A stretch of DNA of 58,324 nucleotides, the filler included, from Streblomastix strix (Eukaryota): assembly GCA_008636045.1 (NCBI GenBank). It is 2 parts of 2 records of this genome, joined end to end, with 100 filler letters (N's around TTAATTAATTAA, not from the genome) between each part and the next. Parts side by side here need not be neighbours in the genome. Positions count along the whole stretch, not along the records: positions 29,254 to 58,324 come from SNRW01000108.1; 1 more part is not named here. One strand, written 5' to 3'. The notes beneath the pieces were generated by a model. The model had not been told where the DNA came from. It saw only the letters and a program-made list of their open reading frames with translations, and did no database searches. Positions 52,657-58,324 of this stretch are shown here, in pieces. How positions within the stretch are numbered: the stretch's first letter is position 1; the number at the start of each line of letters is the position of its first letter. The position numbers and the translations under genes are program-made.

Positions 52657-55600
52657 ATGACATTAAGATCTGGTATTAGTTTACTGCCTCCTGAAATATC
52701 CAACAAGATTTCTAGTGGACAAGTGATTCAAGATGTCAATTCAGCTGTGAAAGAATTGGTTGAAAATTCTTTAGATTCGTAACCACATAGAATCGCAGTA
52801 GATCTGAGAGAATATGGCCTAGAATAGATACAAGTCATTGATGATGGAGAAGGAATTGAAGAAGAAGATTTTAACAAATTGGGTGTCAAGCATTGCACAA
52901 GCAAACTTTCTACATTTTCTGGTCTTAATGATATCACTACACATGGATTTTGAGGGGAAGCTCTTCATTCTTTGTGTAATCTTGCAAATGTTACAATATT
53001 TACAAGGGGAAAAAGATCAAACATTGGATCAGTTATCGTTTTCAACAATAATGGAACAATTGTAAGTAAGAAAAGTGCGCAATGAACTGTATAATAATTA
53101 TGCTTTGTTATAAAATATTATATTTTATGTATCAATCATATTACCTTTTTAATTATTACAGGTTGGAACAACAGTCACCATTTCGAATCTTTTTTCAAAC
53201 TTACCTGTTCGTAGAAAATCAATAACAGAAACAATTGAAAGAGATTTTATTAAGTTAATAACATTAATGCAGGGATATGCTATAGGAAACTTGGGTGTTC
53301 GTATTTCATTCACAAATCAACTGCAAAAAAAGTATAATATATAAATTTTTTTATTTAATCAAATTAAAAGAGTAATATTCATAATTCTTTTTTTCTTCAT
53401 AAATTATTAGTCCTAATAAATAAACTATTTTATCCACAAGTGGATAATTATCTATGCTTGATACAGTAAGTGAAGTTTTTGATTCCCGTATTTTGAAGGA
53501 ATTAACACCTTTTAACTTAAGTGGAGATGGATTTGAGTTTGATTTAGTATTAATTAGTATATATTAATTCTTACTATTAATATATTTAATGTATAAAATT
53601 CAGAATTACTGGATTTATTACATTACCGTCACCACTTAGTTAGAACAAAGAACTCATTTCTCCTTAACGAACTCATTTTCAAAATTCTCAAACGAATATT
53701 CATCATCACCAATAGTAATTCTTCTTTGTAAATAAGCGACCAGTAGATCTTCCTCATATTGCTCGTGTTATTAATGAGGCTTTTGCCGAACATCAACCAA
53801 AGTTTATTAATTTACTTTTATCTTTAAATTTATTTATTTGTTTATCATTAATTATTTTTTATTTATATTGAAGAATACTTTCAAATGTTCAATAAAAACC
53901 TTTTGCAGTTGTATTAATATCAATAAATGGAAATATTCTTGATGTGAATGTATCTCCTGACAAAAGAAAGGTAATGATTGTTGATGAAGCATCCATTGTG
54001 TAATAATTGAAAGAGAAACTTGAAACTGAAATATTTATAATAAAAGACAGAATACTTTAACCTATTCTTCTTCCTCCAATAATCAGTCCTTAGATTTCAT
54101 CTACTAATAATATGGATCAATTTATTTAGTAATCTTTATTTTCTTCTCCTAATTTTTATTAATAAAGATCATATGATTAATTAAATGAAAATACAAGTTT
54201 GAATAATACTACTATTTAACCTAATGGAAATTATTCAGATAATAATGATGAATAAGTATAAAATGAACAATTAGAAAAAATTGCAAATTAACAAATATAA
54301 TAAAATATTAAATAATAGCTTCCAAATGAATATATACATACAGATGAAGATATAAATAATGAATTATTAATCAATTAATTGATAAATCCTAATGAAAGAA
54401 TTAAAAATTAGATATAATAATAATTTTTTCACACGGGATAAAATTATTAACATTAATAATTAAAATTAAACGAACCTTATTTTTACAATATTTCTTCTGA
54501 AATTGACAGTTCATGCGTTTAATATGAATCATTGGAGCATGCTCTAAATTAAATTGCGTTTGGAACATTAAAATAAAATTTTAATAAAGAAAAAAATCAC
54601 TCATTCGCTCAAAAAATCATTGATTAAGAAGAAAGTTAAGTGATAACTTTACCAGAACCACCAATGTTACCATCTTCAATTTCATTTCAGTAATCTTCTC
54701 TCATTAATTCTCTCCCAACTGGATTCCATTTCAAATAGTCAATGTTCAAAAAACTTCGAATAATTGGACAGTTTAATCTCGCTTTTATCATTGCAATTTA
54801 TGATGATGATGGAGATGATGATGAAGAAGATAATATTGAATATATGAATGAAATAGGAAATTTAAATGCTAATTCATAAGATGAACGCCATCCATTTGTA
54901 TTTATTGTCGATCAACATGCTGCTGATGAAAAATATAATTATGAGACACTCAAAAAATCTGTTATTGTTAGTAAGTAAAAACTTATAATTCCATAAAATT
55001 TATCAAAAATATTTACTATAGAATAACTCGGAATAATCAAAGATAATCTTAATTGCTTTAGATGGAATGGATTTGAAATCGTCGAAAGAAATAATTCAAT
55101 GGTAATTGACCAAAAGAATGTTTAAATAAATTAATTTGGCAAAACATTTAATAATGAAAGTGATAATGTGAACTTAATGATTAAAAAGAAAAGAAAAAGA
55201 GACGAGGAACTTGAAGTATTAACTTAATAAGTTATAACCGACAATGATGAAATTAAAAATTTATAATATAACTAATTATCTTTAGAATTCGGGAATGAAT
55301 AAGGTTAAAAGCGAAGAAAAACTGATTATATTGAATAAAATGAAGAATATGAATATAACGAGGAATTATCAATTGAAGAAATAATGTAACATGCAATAGA
55401 AAACGAAATGAAGAATGAAGAAATAGAAAAATAAAAAATTAAATAAGATTTTTCAACAGATTAGGATATTAAGGATTAATAAATTAATGATTAAGTTAGT
55501 TCATCTTATATTATTTTGCCTCAACTGACTGAATCAACATTCAATATAAATTCAGAAGCTAATTCTGATTAATAATCTTAAAGTAATTACTTTTTAGAAC

Positions 55601-56212
55601 ATTCCTCATTAAGTTAATCTCTTTCATAATATATTGATACATCATGTATTGAAGCATAACAATTGCCTTAAACAGAAGATATTCCCTTTTTAGAATCTAA
55701 CGAAGACTAAGAAAACTCGCTTTATTTGCTTTCAATTCCTCTCTTTTCGAAAGGGAATTTAACACTTGGATTGGAAGGTTAATGATTAATTAAAGGAAGT
55801 ATTAGTATTTAAATGTTTATATCATTATTTTTATATTCAATTACTAATTATGCATTACAGATATTTATGAACTAATAGATTAACTTAGAGAGTAACCAGC
55901 TTTAATGCTTCGACCAAAAAGGGTGCGAATGATGTTTGCATCAAAAGCCTGTAGATCATCAGTTATGGTTGGAAAAGCGTTGACATTAAGCGAAATGAAA
56001 TTAGTTTACTATTTTTTATTGCTGTATATTTTTCATTTCATACTCATATTAATTATTTGATTCAGATACTAAACCACATGTCGGAGTTGGATAGTTGCTG
56101 GTCATGTCCACATGGGCGACCCACTACCCACCTTCTTTTTGATTATTAGGGAGGAATAGCAAAACATCCAATAGCATATTTTCCATATCATTATTCTCAT
56201 CTCAATCCATGA
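52657..56212 (+). CDS. PMS2: MutL-family mismatch-repair endonuclease (human PMS2/yeast PMS1 type); two in-frame TGA codons (52951, 53083)
   Basis: [115 protein letters not shown]; six phase-consistent introns; stop 56210-56212. Confidence 0.95.
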
Positions 56213-56360
56213 TAAAAAGTATCGTATATTTATTTGACACTAAAATAAAATATTATCAAATCACCCTCAACAATTGATTAATGACTGCTTATTACAGAAT
56301 GAATGATTTCAGTAACAATCATCTCCATTATTTTTCATATTTTTTTAGTTTTATTCATTA

Positions 56361-58324
56361 TCACTCTTTCTTAACATCTGTATCATCACTTTGTCCAATC
56401 TATTGTCTGGGAGAAATCCTTGGTAGGTTCTTCTTTGTTCTATCTGCTTCATACACTTAATGATCATAAAGATCTTAATTTGGTGAGGATGTGCGAGAAT
56501 GTGCACTTTTCCTTCCCACAGGCAAAGTACGGACATATGCATCATTATTATCTTTAATTCTTCTACCATATTAACTTCCTCTATCTCTTTCTCTATCTCT
56601 ATTATCATTCTAGATAAGAGTTCTCTTCATTATTCCCTTAACTCTCTTTCCAATAGTCTCAGATACAATCCATACTTCATCATCACTTAATTCATCAATA
56701 AGAAGAATTATTGATTTCAATACGTTTGTTCTACCTCTCTCTTATTTAATCTAATTTCTGGGCTTATTGAATGATTTTCTATCCATTATTCTTTTATTTA
56801 TGTAATTATCTCTTTCTTCTTAATCATCTGAATAGTCATATGAATCATCATCTATTGATCTACTATCTGAACTAGTTTATTCTCTATGTTTTCTACTTAT
56901 CCTTTTTTGTCTATCTTAATATTCCCTATCTTTGTTTCTTCTTCTATCCTGTTTGTATTCATCTTCACCATGATTGATCTAATTGGAAGGTTAATCATTT
57001 TCTTCATCATTAACAATTAATCTTGTTCTTCTTTATTCCATATCATTCTTTTGCATTCTATTTTTATCATTATCATTGTTATTCGACTATTAGGGCAATT
57101 TTTAACTCCTTAACGTTTATGCTTGATATTATTGTGAAACTTGGTCCTTTATACTTTCTGCAGTTGTATTTCCTAACCTATCACTTGATCCCCACGTTTT
57201 TCTCTATCTCATTTAACCAATTCCTAATTAATCATTGGATTCTTATCCTTTTTCAATCTTTCTTTATTTGTTATCTTCATCGGTTAAATCATCAAATGAT
57301 ACTTTTTCCTGTTTACTTAACCTTCTAATATCTTCTTAATTCAACTGGTGTGTTTATGGAATAGAATCTCTAGGTATAACAGAAGTAAAAGCCATTGAAC
57401 CAGGTTTTCTCATAGAATTCAAATTTCCTTCATTCTCCTTTTCTGATGAATAAGTATTTCTCACATTTTGAGATCCATATGATTGTCCACTGAATGTCTG
57501 CGCAAGTTAATTGGGTTTTGGTTGAATTGCTGTCCGTGAAATTAACGCTGTTGAATGAAGTGGTATACTAGATTTGGCCTGCAACTAACTTTGCGATTAT
57601 GATTATAATTTATTCAATGCATTTTCTATTTTATCTAAACTCATTTCACTAATTTCAATATTGCTGTTCAAAATGTTATCTATTTCATCTTCTTCATCAT
57701 TAGCTACAAAATTATTGGAAACTATTTTGTTACGATCTTCTGGAGTAATTTATCTTTTATCAAGAGTTTTTAATGTCCTGATTTTATTAACTATTGTTTC
57801 AAAGAATCCTTTTTACAAACATATTGGATTTTCCTCCAGCCACAGCACAGTTAAACATGGAAGATTCTGAACAGGAAAAAACCAATTAATGAATAAATTA
57901 AAACAATAAATTAACATAAAAAGAAAATAATCATTACTGCTATTTCATCAATCTCATTTAAGTCATTTATCTCATTTTTTCTCAAATACAGCTCTTTTAA
58001 TTTCAAACATCCTCTGAATGATCTGAGTGATGATATCTTATTTACACTGTGGTTCAGATAAAACAGATTAATCTTATAAAAATTCTGTATTAAATAATAC
58101 ACCTCAATGAAACGACTTCTACGTTCGGCATTCTTTCCAAAACAGAAATATCTACAAGCTAATTAAAAAAATAAAATTAATAAATCAGTCTTTATATTTT
58201 ACTTTAATTCATTGTAAAGGGGGATAACGAAGTCCGTCCGAGGTCCCTACAGACAGGTGTGAATTGATCCATAATATATTTAATATATGTATATATGTGA
58301 TTGAATTAGTTGATGAAATTAAAA
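56361..58324 (-). CDS. CFAP410: CFAP410 (C21orf2)-like LRR protein; first exon probably beyond the window end
   Basis: Spliced translation LVDISVLERMPNVEVVSLSVNKISSLRSFRGCLKLKELYLRKNEI...LPCLTVLWLEENPIC...LKTLD, plus C-terminal helix NVLKSIILLIDELSDDEV typical of CFAP410; stop TGA 56361-56363. Confidence 0.85.

Noticed and set aside
52951..52953. Selenocysteine reading of internal TGA
   Set aside because: The position corresponds to an invariant Arg, not Cys, in a non-redox protein, and no SECIS was recognised.
142..58102. Most short ORFs in the supplied track (hydrophobic I/L/F-rich peptides)
   Set aside because: They are antisense or off-frame shadows of purine-rich genes that the standard code breaks at TAA/TAG; they are not membrane proteins.
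1..58324. All genes being pseudogenes because of abundant TAA/TAG
   Set aside because: Frames, splice phases and catalytic motifs are conserved over kilobases, and TAR aligns with Gln.
9859..58324. Clustering of ciliary genes (LRRIQ3-like, RPGRIP1L-like, RIB43A-like, CFAP410)
   Set aside because: They are interspersed with unrelated genes, split by a contig linker, and such genes are common in flagellate genomes.

Overview
AT-rich eukaryotic (protist) genomic DNA. The supplied standard-code ORF track is misleading because TAA and TAG encode Gln here, as shown by conserved motifs in XRN1 (PFE-TAA-L), IQ motifs (I-TAA), importin-alpha (TAA-AVW) and YgeY (D-TAA-L, RG-TAA-RG). TGA ends the genes, and short GT-AG introns are frequent. 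The code, intron style and a characteristic surface-protein family suggest an oxymonad such as Streblomastix (inference). Hand translation gives about 13 genes: XRN1 (partial), a divergent AAA+ ATPase, a ~5,800-aa LRRIQ3-like protein, a gap-truncated Cys-rich ORF, an RPGRIP1L-like protein, a type I membrane protein, importin alpha, a YgeY-like M20 hydrolase, an LRR protein, a small coiled-coil protein, PI-phospholipase C, PMS2/PMS1 (MutL) and CFAP410-like (partial). There is also an artificial 100-nt contig linker, and two genes are each flanked by direct repeats. The main discovery is five in-frame TGA codons in four otherwise intact genes. One replaces the invariant Arg of the MutL GFRGEAL motif and another lies at a further family-typical Arg. 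This suggests a code in which all three stops can be sense (TAR=Gln, TGA=Arg or stop depending on context), or U-to-C editing. CpG-deamination pseudogenisation or amplification artefacts are the alternatives to exclude.
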